Part shown: positions 48,546 through 60,000 of the stretch, in pieces
How positions within the stretch are numbered: the first letter of the stretch is position 1
Layout: the number at the start of each line of letters is the position of its first letter
NCBI RefSeq assembly: GCF_037042905.1
Contig: NC_087245.1
Location: forward strand, 38,380,001 to 38,440,000
Source of the DNA: Lytechinus pictus
Taxonomy: Eukaryota
Reading direction: 5' to 3'
Length of the DNA: 60,000 nucleotides
Notes under the pieces: model-generated
Database searches by the model: none
What the model was told of the DNA's origin: nothing
Seen by the model: only the letters and a program-made list of their open reading frames with translations
Program-made: the position numbers and the translations under genes

Positions 48546-51500
48546 ATGAAATCCGACGAAGAGCAGTATTCACGTAGGCAGTGTCTTCGTTTCCATGGAA
48601 TCGAGAATCAAGAAGAAAACACAGATCAGCTGATCATCGATGTTGTTCGTCGCAATCTTGGAATCAATCTTGATCCCGTGCATATCGACCGTAGCCATCG
48701 GATCACACCAAGATCTAGGAGCAACGCTTTGCAGAAACCTCGTCCGATCATCATTAAGTTCACCCGACAAGAGATCTACAAAGCTCGATCTAAACTGAAG
48801 GGCACTAATATCTTCATTCATGAAGATCTCACCGCGAGCAGACAAGCCATCGTCAGCAAACTTCGCTCGAATAAGAACGTCAAGAAAGTCTGGACACTTG
48901 ATGGGAGGGGTTGGGAGGATCACGGTTGTTAATGCTAACGGAACGAAGATCTCGATCACAAGTCTAGCTGACATTGACTCAAAACTGTCAGCTTGTTTCC
49001 TTGTTGATTGAAAAACTTTGTTATAGTGTTACCCTCAATTTCCTTTTAACGCTTGAGTAACATTTTTAGCACTTTTTGTTATATATTGTTTACTTCTTTA
49101 TTGTAATTGCCTATCACTATGCCTAAAACATATCCATGTATTTATTGTAAGAAAATAGTTAGAAATAATCAGAATGCTATGCTTTGTATTAACTGTAAAA
49201 ACTGGGGACATTTAGATTGCTCTGGCATGTCATTACCATTTTTCAGATCAAACACTGACTGGAAATGCGATTGTTGTCTGTGGAAAGAGCTACCCCTTCA
49301 TGAATGTTGTAATCAATCTGTGTTAATGAGCTTAAATAATTCTGATTCAGATCAGACAGACTTAAATCTGACAGACAATACAGTAAACGTATCAGCCCAT
49401 AATGAGATTAAGTCGGAACCCGAATCACTTATATTTCCAAATAGAAAGGGACTTAAAGTTGCCCATTTAAACATTAGAAGTCTTCGCAGTAAAATGGTTG
49501 ACGATGTCTTCTTAAGCGCTGTTCATATCATCTAATGTCATTATCTGAAACCTGGTTAGATGAGACTATTGGCAGTAATGAATGCTATATTGAAGGTTAT
49601 TATTTGGAGAGAAAAGACAGAGGTTGCTTAGGGGGCGGAGTTTGCTGTTACATTCAACAGGGTCTACCTTATATTAGGAGGTAAGATCTTGAAAGTGAAA
49701 ATTTAGAATTGATCTGGATTGAACTAAAGCCCAAAAATGAAGCCAGTTTGTATGTGGGCATCATTTATCGAAAACCAAATTCCACCACATCCTTTTTTGA
49801 TGAATTAGATAACAATCTTGAACAAGTATTTTCATTCTCAGATAGAATAATTATTACTAGGCGACTTTAATTGCAACATGCTCACTGTTAACTCATTATC
49901 AAACAAATTAATAGAAATTAGTCAATTACTAGGTTTAAAACAACTCGTCAATGAGCGAACTCGTGTGACCCCTTTTAGTAAAAGCCTCATAGATCTGATT
50001 TATGTTTCAAACTCATTAGGTGAGCTATATTCAGGTGTGCAGTCTATTGGGTTTAGTGACCATTCCTTCATATATGTTGTTACAAAATTGAAAACACAGA
50101 GATCACCTCCTCAGATCTCACGATTCCGATCTTTCAAGTTTTTCAATGGAAATGCATTTCTTAGTGACGTTGAAAGTATTGATTGGAATGATTATTTTAT
50201 GAATGAAATTGATGTTGACGTCATGTGGAACAAATTCAAGAAAGCTTTTGTTGAACTTTCAAACAAACATGTGCCGTATGTATCAGTACGTAAACAAATC
50301 AAAGGATCTCCTTGGATTACGTCGGCTTATAAACAATTAGCAAGAGACAAAGACTACTGTAAAAAGCAGTTCTATAAGATAAAATATGATAGAAATAAAA
50401 ATGAATATGAAAGTACTGCTATGTGGGAGAAATATATTTCACTCAGAAACAAAACTAAAACTCTCAACAAAAAACTGAAAATGTCATATTATCGTAGTAA
50501 GATAGAGGGAACCAGTGATATGAAATAACCTGGGATATTGTTAAAGGGTTGTTGCCTAACAACGACTCGAGCGAAGGCTCTCATCTGGTCATTGATGGTG
50601 CTATTGAATCGGATCCTTTTAAAATAGCAACAGAGTTTAACACAATGTTTAGCAAAGTTTTTTAATCGATTCATGGTAAAGACCCTAGCGAAAAAAAAGG
50701 ACAAGAGTGATGACGCTATCGAAAGACTTCGTGAAGTACATTCACGCTTTACTTTTAGAGAGATAACCGTTGACTTTGTAAGAAAGGAATTGAATAACAT
50801 CAATTGTACAAAATCTGTAGGCCTTGACGACGTCCATCCGAGATTGTTAAAACTCAGCGCCCAATCGGTTGCCATTCCTCTTGTGCGCATTTTCAACGAT
50901 AACAATACTGATAATAATAATAATGATAATGATGATGATAATGAACTCAACCATTTTCGCCCTTCTCTCGATCGTTTCCAAAATTTTAGAAAGAGCGGTC
51001 CACTCTCAATTAATAGAATATCTTCACCACGAAGAATTGATGTCTCATCGGCAGTCAGGCTTTAGAAGTAAACATTCCACCTCGACGTGCCTTACAGAGT
51101 TTACTGATATGTTATACGATAACCTTGACAAAGGCCGAGTAATAGGTGCTCTGTTTTTGGACTTTAGAAAAGCCTTTGATATTATCCCTCACGATATCCT
51201 TATCAAGAAATTATATTATTTTGGCATAAGAAATATAGAGTTAACATGGTTTGAATCGTACTTAATTAGAAGAAAGCAATATGTGTCATATAAGGGTACT
51301 ACTAGCGATTTTCTGCCTGTTCATTCAGGGGTACCGCAAGGTTCAATTTTGGGCCCTCTGTTTTGTATGTTCATTAATGACATTAGTAATTTAACTATGC
51401 ATTCTAATACTAATATTTCTCTGTATGCAGATGATACTGCAATATTCTCTTCTGGATATGGAGTTAAAGCTGTTCAAACACAGTTGCAAAGTGATGTTTA

Positions 51501-52145
51501 TGTTTTAAGTAAATGGTTAAAAGAAAATGGTTTAGTTGTTAATACAGATAAAACGAAAGTTATGTTATTTTCAAGTCGGAGGAAGGTACAACCAGTCAAG
51601 ATGCAGATATACATGAATGGTCAATCCATAGAAAATGTAACTAAGTTTAAATATCTGGGTGTCACCTTCAGTCATATTCAGGACTGGTCTTTTCACATCA
51701 ATTCCATCATTAAGAAGATCATGAATTCTATAATATGCGTGCGGAGAGTTAGGCACTGTCTGACAAAAGACGTACTCGCCAATTTGTATTTTTCTTTAAT
51801 CCTTCCTCATATTGACTACTGTTCAACTGTTTGGGGATCATTAAAAGTGAAAGATTTGCAGCGACTTCAGAAGTGTCAAAACAAATATTGTCGTTTGGTA
51901 TTAGATGCAGACTACTATACCCCAGTCCAGAATATGTTACACTCTGAAGTTACAATCTGTTAAGAAAAGAGTGGATTATAATTACCAAATACTTATGTAT
52001 AAAACTTTAAACGGTCTTGCTCCTGGTTATTTAATGCAAACAATGCCTTTGAGACCTAATCACTATCCCACTAGATCAATCTCATCTTAACAATTGTATC
52101 TCGCAAAACCAAGAACCTAGTATAAAAAACAGTCATTCTCCTATA

Positions 52146-53524
52146 CAGTGCGTATAAAAAAAAACGGGACAGATTTGAAAAGTCTATAAAATTTTAGTTT
52201 CAAATTATTATGTCTATATTTTGGTGTTAATCGGTGCTCTAAGGTCTTGTCTTTCAAATGCTATTAAAATTTTTTAGTTTTGTTCATGCTTGAGCGAACA
52301 CGGGACGTTTTTGTTGGGGGTTCAAAAAGAGGCTTGCGCCAGAATTGCAGAATATGAGTAATATGATGATCGGACTTCTTGCTAATTAGCAGACTTCCTC
52401 TTAACCTTTTCATTATCTTTGCCATAATTTTCAAATCATGCGGTCAAAATTCATTTTCAGATCTATTTATTTGATTGAATTATTCTGTTATTTCTTTTTA
52501 ATATGCTCTCTGTTAGCTTTGAATATTCCTTCTTCAAGCTAAAATTATTTTTTTCAACCGAATTATGGGAGAGCATGGATTTTTTATTCAAATCCTTTCA
52601 TTATGTGCTACAAAGGTTATGGTGCCTTTTGAACAAAGCCACACAGATGGGCGGGCGCTCGGGTTGCTACCCCCCCCCCCCTCAATTAAAAAAATCATGA
52701 CCAAGAAAAAAAGTGGACAGGAAATAAAAGGAAAGATATAGAAAGTAAAATATGATATTATTTGAAGAAATATTATGTCAAAATCTATCACAAAATTTGA
52801 TATTGTAATTAAAAAAGTGGAAATATTTGCGTGCTCACTTCGCTCGCTCACAACTTTTTAATACATTTTACCCGATCTGCCATATCTAGCTCCTTCAAAA
52901 TTGACTCAATACACCATTGTCATTGAAAGACATGAATCTCTTCCTGTGTTTCCTGTCAAGCAATTAAACTTGGTCAACGAATTAATGACCCATTGAAAAA
53001 TAGATTCATGTCTTTTAAAGGTACATAACATAATTTGTTTCACATAATAAAACGATTTTAATAATCACAAGTTTTCCCAATTAATAATTCAAATCTTCTT
53101 GCGTGGGTTAACAAAAAACAAAATCTTTTCTCAGTTACTTATGAAGGAAAATTAAAAGGTAAGAGAAGTTTAAATGAAAAAACAAAATAATTCAATTAAA
53201 TAAATAACTTTGTAAATGAAATTTGACAACATAATTCGAAAATTGTGGCACAGATAATGAAAAGGTCAAGAGGAAGTCTCCTGATTAGCAAGAAGTCTGA
53301 TTATTGTATTACACATATTCTGCAATTCTGGCGCAAGCCTCTTTTTGAACCCCCAACAAAAACGTCCCGTGTTCGGTCAAGCATGAATAAAATTTATTTT
53401 TTTAAATTGCATTTCAAAGATAAGACCTTGGAGCATCTATTAACACCAAAATATAGACATCATTATTTGAAACTAAAATTTTATAGACTTTTCAAATCTG
53501 TCCCGTTTTTTTTGATACGCACTG
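52146..53524. mobile_element. Tc1/mariner-like non-autonomous element with long TIRs inserted in LINE ORF2
   Basis: TA|CAGTGCGTAT...ATACGCACTG|TA; about 300-bp inverted arms. Host frame SFSY|IAAKLFNSLP is restored on removal. Confidence 0.88.
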
Positions 53525-54914
53525 TATAGCAGCAAAACTATTTAACTCATTACCAGTACCCATTAAGTGCTCTGTTTCACTTCCTATTTTTAAACGAAAC
53601 GTCTGTAAATTCCAAGCTTGCTGATTAATTTTTCTACTGTTTTTGTCATAGTATGTATAGGCCTTACCCCCCCTCCCCTCATTGTTATTTGTTTATTATG
53701 TATATATATTATTTTTGTATTGTGTATTTTAGTCATGTATGTTATAATTGTAATTGTATAATGTTCGAATTGTGATTGATAGCAGGGCTCCATTGTAAAG
53801 CAGGCCTCTGGCTTGAATGGGACTACCCTGCTTTTTTATAAAGAAAACATGAATAAATAAATTAAAATAAATAAATAAAAATATTGCGAGGGAATGTGTT
53901 GACTAAGGAGAAAATGTTTGAAGTAGAACCTTGCATGTGGAGCACTTTATAAACTTTATGTTTGAAAAACATCTGAAAGTGCTATAAAACCATTAAACTT
54001 GAAATAAAACTACCATTTAATATATAATATTGTATTTTTTTGGTGTGCTTCACGTGCAAAATTCTGCATTATAATTTTGGGTATTGTCTTTACCCCCTCT
54101 TGCCTGCCACCCAAAAACATGAAGAGACATTCCTGACTCTAAACTATATGTTTTATTAGTTTAGCCTCAATCGGGAAGTATATAGCGACAGAGCCACTTC
54201 CAATATATCCTAAAGAATGACAAAAAGATCGGAGCGCTTTTGACAAAACATCAATTTTGTGGCATTAACATTGTTATATTCGTGGTGTATAAAGTATAGG
54301 GAGGTTAATCTGAAAAAAAATGCAAGGCAGTCTACTATATATATTGCAGGATATCATAGACTTCTTATACGCGCACTTTAAGAGAGCATTAATGTATTCT
54401 GAATTTAGATGCTTTTTTGCGAGGGAATATTTAGCGACCAAGCGAGAAAATTACATATGTAACAGGACCGTGTTGAAAAACAATGTGTTTTATATGAACA
54501 TCTTATCCTGTATAAAGATGTTTTTTGATAAATAATTAGATAAATTAATAAATAAATAAATAATGAATAAACGAATAAATGAATAAATAAATAAACAAAT
54601 ACATTAATTAATGAATAAACAAATAAATAAATTCATGAATGAATAAATATGCAAATAGGACATACGTATATATTTTTTTTCTTTGTGGTAGATTTATTTA
54701 TTTATTTCATTTTTTTTGCTGGGGGGGGGGGCTTGAGCGATTATTTTGGGTAGCTTCAGTCCCCAAAGCGCCCCCCTAAAGCCGCGCCTGACGTACACAT
54801 GTCTCGCAAGCAATGACCCCTCACCCCTTTGCTCCTCAATCCGCCTTCTTTTTAATAATCAATTATTTCTTTTTAAATGGATAATGCAATAAGACAAATT
54901 GACGCCAATAGTTG

Positions 54915-55335
54915 GATTGGGCGCCGAAATGACCTTAAACTTAGGGGGCACTAAATTGATGTTTGACCTAAGGGGCGCCGATTTGATGTTTGACCGGGGG
55001 CTCCAAATTCATGTTTTTCATGGGGGTAGGGCGTAAGACTCATGTTTCACATGGGAGGGCCGGGGGCGCAATATTGACCTGAAATAAGGGGGCGCCAAAT
55101 TGATGTTTTACCTGGGAGCGTTTCAACATTTCAACATTTTTTTTGTCCGATAAGTATTCAGATCTGACAACTTTCCTGATTTTGATTGGCAGAAAAGCAC
55201 TGTTGCTAGGGTAATTGTCGGATAAAACAGGACTTGTCGGACAAAACACTTTCATGAAATACTTCCTTGGGGTGCCAAACTCATGTTTCACAGGGGGCGC
55301 CAAATTTACTTAAACTCGGTAGGGGCGCAAAATTG
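54915..55335 (+). repeat. Degenerate about 23-bp minisatellite (ggggcgccaaattgatgtttgacc) interrupted by a MITE at about 55114-55266
   Basis: Repeated ggggcgcc/aaattgatgtt units; internal inverted tgtccgataa/ttgtcggaca. Confidence 0.65.
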
Positions 55336-56117
55336 AATGATTGATTCAATGATATCTTGTTCCTAAATTTAAATGGAGCTTGAAATATATTCCCTTTTTA
55401 AGATCAGTAGATCAAAAATTTCTGCTCGCGCTTGGCTCTCGCATTGTTTGTTCAGTAATATACTTACCCTGTTTATAGATTCAAATGATGCTTGAGATGT
55501 CCCAAAGTTCATTAGATCAAAAAATTTCAGCCCTCGCATTTTTGGGTTTTGTGATATACTTATCCTGTTCATGAATCCAAGTAATGCTTGAAGTGACCCT
55601 TTTAAGTTCAATAGATCAATTTTTCCACCTCGTGCTATTGGGTTAAATATTGGTTTAAAGGAAAATGAAACCTTTGGAACAAGTGGGCTTGTGTTGAAAC
55701 AGAAAAATCAAAGAATAAGAACAAAGAAAGTTTGAGAAAAATCTGACAAATAATAGGAAAGTTATGAGCATTTGAATATTGCGATCACTAATGCTATGGA
55801 GATCCTCCTATTGGCAATGCAACAAGGATGTGTGATTTCACATGTGAACAACTTTCACTTTGATGGACTATAAAATACCTCCAAAATGTCCCTTTTGTTT
55901 TTTCTTATGGTGATACAAACTCTTTATCCATGATGTATTCTTTAAATATATGTATTACATGCTCTCCTATAGAAAGAACACATTATCTACTGATAGATGT
56001 GATAATATTCAAATGCTCATAACTTTCATAACAAGCGAAAATTTGCTTTGCCCAATATTGATCGTGGGCCCGGCAGCCGCTGTGCAGGGCCAGATCGACG
56101 AGGCTCTATCCTTATCT

Positions 56118-56246
56118 GGGGCACGTAACACAAAACTTATCAATGATCGTAACTCATTTTTCTACGATTGATTCCATTTACTACAATGTACAATCAATCG
56201 TGAAAATCAAGCGTACGATAAATCGCTAACCTTTGTGTTACGGGCC
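56118..56246. mobile_element. Harbinger-like MITE (related copy about 25675-25835)
   Basis: Ends gggcacgtaacacaaa / tttgtgttacgggcc with CTG flanks. Confidence 0.6.
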
Positions 56247-57019
56247 CTGATTACACTTATATCCAAGTTTCATAACGTAAGTTCCTATATTTATGTTTAC
56301 GTTCATACAAGTTGCGCATTTTTATTGATATTTGAGTTTATTTTGGTTTATGTTATAATTGATGATTTTTTTTTACTGTCACTTTGCATATTTATATTTT
56401 GTTTATTCGTATAATTGTAAAGCGCATAGAGAACTTTACTATAGTTATTATGCGCTCAATAAAAGCCCTCTATTATTATTATTATCATTATAAGTATAAT
56501 TATTATTATTATTATTATCATTATTATTATTATTATTATTATTTTCTAAGTTCTGATGACATTAAAAAACCTTAACCTTAGGTTAAGATTTTAATGTTGA
56601 CGACGCTGCCTAACTCGATTTGCTATATATGCAGGCGAGACAAAATGTAATTTATATGAAAATCGAAAACTGTGTTTAAATTTTTATAAAAGTTCGTAAG
56701 TAAATTGTTTCTGCCTAATCTACAATTGAATAAATAGTTTTGCACATCAAACACCGCCACCTTCCACTGTCAAATTTCACCCAACACTCCGGATCCACTG
56801 TAAACCAAGCATGTCACATTTTCTCTACGACGGCCGTATACGGAGAGTCGAAAACAGTCGTTTTTAACGGTTTTTTTACCAGCTACATAATTTTGGTTTG
56901 AATAAAAATGAATAAAACGGCCGTTTTCGACTCGCCGTATGGCCTGTAGCATTACTGTTATGATATTTAAATTAAGAACAAAGATAAGCAGAGCCAATAA
57001 CTTAGAGGTTAATACAATA

Positions 57020-57340
57020 AGCCATTATTATTATTATTAGTAGTATGATTACTAATCTCATTAATTACTATTATTGTTCTTATTTCATTATTGATAATAT
57101 CACTATTATATCATTATGTTATTATAATTATCACAACAACAATACCAACAAAACAACAATGATATTATTCTTATCATTATTATTATTGTTATAAATATTA
57201 TCATTATTATTATTTTTTTTAATTATTATTATTATTATTATTTTTTTTTTTTTTAATTATTATTATTAATATTATTATTGTTATCATCATTATCATCATC
57301 ATTATTATTAATATCATTATTATTATTGTCATTATCATAG
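57020..57340. repeat. (TAT)n/(CAT)n microsatellite region; others at 30937-31003, 33670-33750, 34538-34587, 54540-54650 and 56471-56542
   Basis: Direct inspection. Confidence 0.9.
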
Positions 57341-57667
57341 CGCGACAAGTATGTGAAATTTCGTTACAACCTTGAACATCAAGGTACCAAACAAATCAAT
57401 GAAGCAAAATCGAGATCTATTTTTCCATACATACAAACGATGAGATTTTATTAACTCTCAGGATCTGAGAGTACACACAATATTGACACTGAATATGTAA
57501 CAACATCGAACAGACAAAGCAGAGATAGAATGAATATGGAATAATTGAGATAAATTATAGCTACATGAATACAAGCCTCGGGAGTTTTTAACACCCTGCC
57601 ACTACTGGTAACGTAAGATCGTGTCTCTGTGGCAACAACACTGCTAGCAGTCCCCCCCCCCCCCCCC

Positions 57668-57708
<41 letters not shown>

Positions 57709-58039
57709 CCTTCTGCTTGGGTTCGTGTGCAAAGTGAAGCATAATTTATTTTTACAATTGCAAAGTTTTTCAGATACATGCACATTGTATGATGGTTTCG
57801 ATCTATCTTTGATGTGAACCTCAGGCCTCATGTGCATGCATATTGTGTATGTAATTAATTGTCAAGTTACCTTGCGAATGCAGTTAGTTCTCAAACTGTT
57901 TGCTTCGAATGTGCTTTAAAACTTCATGTTTAAATTTCACGAAGCATATTTTCATGAAAATGGACCGTGTTTTAATGCGAAAGGGTGACAGAGGAAGAAA
58001 TCCCGGGAGAAATAAATCTACTGTTGGAAAGTCTCAGAA

Positions 58040-58265
58040 AGTAACTGTAAGAGAATATGAACCTGAATACATTAAATTTGGATTAATCATATCGCTGGCA
58101 GTGATGCAAAAACCAAAAGCAATGCTCCTGCTGTGTGTGTGTGTGTGTCGAATGTGCTAAAGTTAATATCGAGTGAGGCGCTTAAACAGTAGAGTCTCAG
58201 AGACACCTTAACACAAAACATCCGAAGAGTGCAAGAAAGCCAAAGAGTATTTCGAGAGGAAACAG
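58040..58265 (+). pseudogene. Buster-type hAT transposase N-terminal relic (ZBED5/ZBED8-like)
   Basis: Frameshifted VREYEPEYIKFG...K..CVECAK..SEALK..QRHLNTKHP...KP.EYFERK resembles the BED-type start of Buster transposases. Confidence 0.7.
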
Positions 58266-58980
58266 GCTGAATTGAATTCACAGCAGAACACTTGCGTACA
58301 GATGGGGGCTTAGGAGGTGATGGGAGGCTTTTGCCCAAAAATATTTCACGACCAAGAAAAAAAAGAAAATGAGAAGGATAAGGGTGAAACATTATTTTCT
58401 GAATAGTATGTCAAATTCTATTACAAGCTTGGATTTTTCTAATAAAATGTCGACATTTTTGCTTGCTCGCTTGCAACATTCTATTAATTGTACGCGATAC
58501 GGCATATCGGACCCCCTCACAATTTTTGGCTCATTACGCCACTGCAGCAGAAGATCGTTAAGTTATGCACTAATACGCTCATTATAATCATGAGTATCAA
58601 AGTGGTCCTCGCGTAAAAAAAAAGTTGAGAAGCACCGGCATAGAACATGGTCATTGAATCGGTTTTCTTGGCAAGTAAAGGGCATACAAATAGATAATGA
58701 AATGCATTCCCTATGTCCAAAGACAAGCATACTAATAATAAGAGTACTTTTTCTCATCGGACAAAGAGGAATCAAACCTACTGTTATTTACAGGTAATCT
58801 AAATCTAAACTTACATAAGATTGTTGCATCTGCATTATCTAAAACTAAAAGATGCTTTTCAAAGACTAGCTCATTTTTAAACGTTCTGTATTTAATACAA
58901 AAACGGTCAGACCCTCTTGCTGCACTCCATTCTTGTTTATAGATATTCGCTAGTATCAATTTCAAGGCAGAATAAATTGG

Positions 58981-59051
58981 AACCAGTGGGATACGAACCT
59001 GCCATCTACTGCTTTCCGTGCAGCGACTTAACCACAAGGCTATTTTGGTTC
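58981..59051 (-). other. tRNA-like sequence (SINE head or tRNA pseudogene)
   Basis: GAACCA...TGGTT(C) acceptor-like ends, TGTGGTTAAG A-box-like, CTGC-ACGGAAA-GCAG anticodon-like arm, GGTTCGTATCC B-box. Confidence 0.5.
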
Positions 59052-59142
59052 ACGGCTAAGTCACGATGAACTGGAATTCAAATACCCTCGATCCTCTTCT
59101 TTCTGACTCAGTGATATGCAAACTGCAGTCCGCTGTGGACTA

Positions 59143-59364
59143 TAAATAAAGAGGATTTAATAGGAGGAAATTATAATTTGTGAACAAATTTTCGATATTA
59201 CTTCTATAAGTTTATGCTCGAGCTGTAATGAAAATCATAAGTCAGAATTTTTTCTGACTTATATTTTTCATTACAGATCGAGCATGCGATCTTAAACTTA
59301 TAGGAGTAATGCCGAAAATTTGTTCACAAATTATAATTTCCTCCTATTAAAGCCTCTTTACTTA
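59143..59364. repeat. Near-perfect fold-back palindrome (about 107-bp arms, 4-nt loop)
   Basis: taaagaggatttaataggaggaaattataatttgtgaacaaattttcg...ataagtcagaa|tttt|ttctgacttat...cgaaaatttgttcacaaattataatttcctcctattaaagcctcttta. Confidence 0.85.
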
Positions 59365-59934
59365 CTAAAACTTAAATTTGATTAACATTTCCATAGCCCC
59401 ATACTTCACACCCATACAATAAAATGGATGAAATCATTCGATCAAACAACTCACACTGAGTATCAATGCTTAAATTTAGTGGCTTTGCTTTGATTGGGTT
59501 ACTTTCTTAGCAATCGCTAATTTTAAGTACCACTGTAATTACATTTTACACCTAAATAATTATATGAAATCAGTAACTACATCCAAAACATCATTAGTAA
59601 AGTAAAGCTTTAAACTTTCCTCACCTTGCCCCGAAAAAAGACTATTAGTGTTGAGAGTTAGTGGCCACTTTTGACAGTACTCCACAACTGCATCGAAACC
59701 AGATTGAAGTTGGTCCGGTGTTTTCATGGTTTTAACCAAAATAATAGTCATCATCATATAGCAAGCAATAAAGATTTACGAACTCAGCTTTCCATGTCAT
59801 GGGTTTGCATGCTTGAGGCAAAGGAAGGAAGCCCATCATAGAATGCACTAATATAACTCTCAAAATCATTTAGTGAATCGATCAAAATGGATTTTCAAGT
59901 CAATCGCATTAATTCACATTTAATCCAATGATTG

Positions 59935-60000
59935 GAGGTGCCGTGACCGAGTAGTCTTAGGCGCCTGACTAAACATGGAAAGTCAGGGGTTCGATCCCGA
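59935..60000 (+). mobile_element. tRNA-derived SINE head (runs off right edge)
   Basis: gtgaccgagtagtc A-box-like and GGTTCGATCCC B-box at tRNA spacing. Confidence 0.55.

Larger units (their letters stand above)
47480..53880 (+). mobile_element. Near full-length, decayed CR1/L2(Crack)-group LINE: ORF1 (47557-49011), ORF2 with PHD finger + APE endonuclease + RT (49119-53580)
   Basis: ORF1 EQYSRRQCLRFHG, IDRSHRI, PRPIIIKF, IFIHEDLT. PHD-like CIYC...CINCKNWGHLDC...WKCDCC. APE HLNIRSL, SETWL, GGGV, GDFN, IDLI, SDH. RT QSGFR, FLDFRKAFD, GVPQGSILGP, YADDT. 3' stem-loop then (TAAA)n tail. Many stops and frameshifts. Confidence 0.92.
47030..54790. mobile_element. hAT-like non-autonomous element inflated to 7.8 kb by nested insertions
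   Basis: TIR CAGGCGCGG/CCGCGCCTG; perfect 8-bp TSD ACGTACAC (47022-47029, 54791-54798). Confidence 0.85.
58600..59770 (-). mobile_element. Degenerate LINE RT/C-terminal fragments, interrupted at about 58980-59364
   Basis: LQSGFDAVVEYCQKWPLTLNT; KPILLYGCEVWGY-like segment; YRTFKNELVFEKHL...LCKFR; IGNAFHYLFVCP. Confidence 0.72.

Overview
AT-rich, repeat-dense animal genomic DNA; the repeat landscape suggests an invertebrate deuterostome such as a sea urchin (inference only). Positions 1-13128 (- strand) hold the 5' part of a VPS13B/COH1 orthologue. I traced 16 coding exons by hand with consistent phases, including one GC-AG intron, and the gene runs off the left edge. Two tandem paralogous two-coding-exon genes on the - strand encode signal peptide + LRRNT + about 9 LRRs + LRRCT + stalk + TM + short TIR-less tail. 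Copy A (29287-22010) is intact (481 aa). Copy B (36774-34716) has an 11-nt frameshift deletion that predicts a 222-aa secreted LRR-only product or a pseudogene. About 250 bp downstream of copy B's original stop is a perfect 241-bp inverted repeat. Each arm carries a Penelope-type minimal hammerhead-ribozyme-like motif, and the unit sits inside a (TA)n microsatellite. The rest is layered transposable-element DNA: hAT-like, Harbinger-like, Kolobok-like, piggyBac-like and Tc1/mariner-like non-autonomous elements, Rex1/Babar, RTE and CR1/L2-group LINE remnants, tRNA-derived SINE heads and a Buster-type hAT transposase relic. It includes a multi-level nested insertion at 47030-54790. There is also a candidate promoter plus spliced non-coding unit at about 44.3-45.2 kb (- strand). 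All calls come from reading the sequence; no database searches were run.
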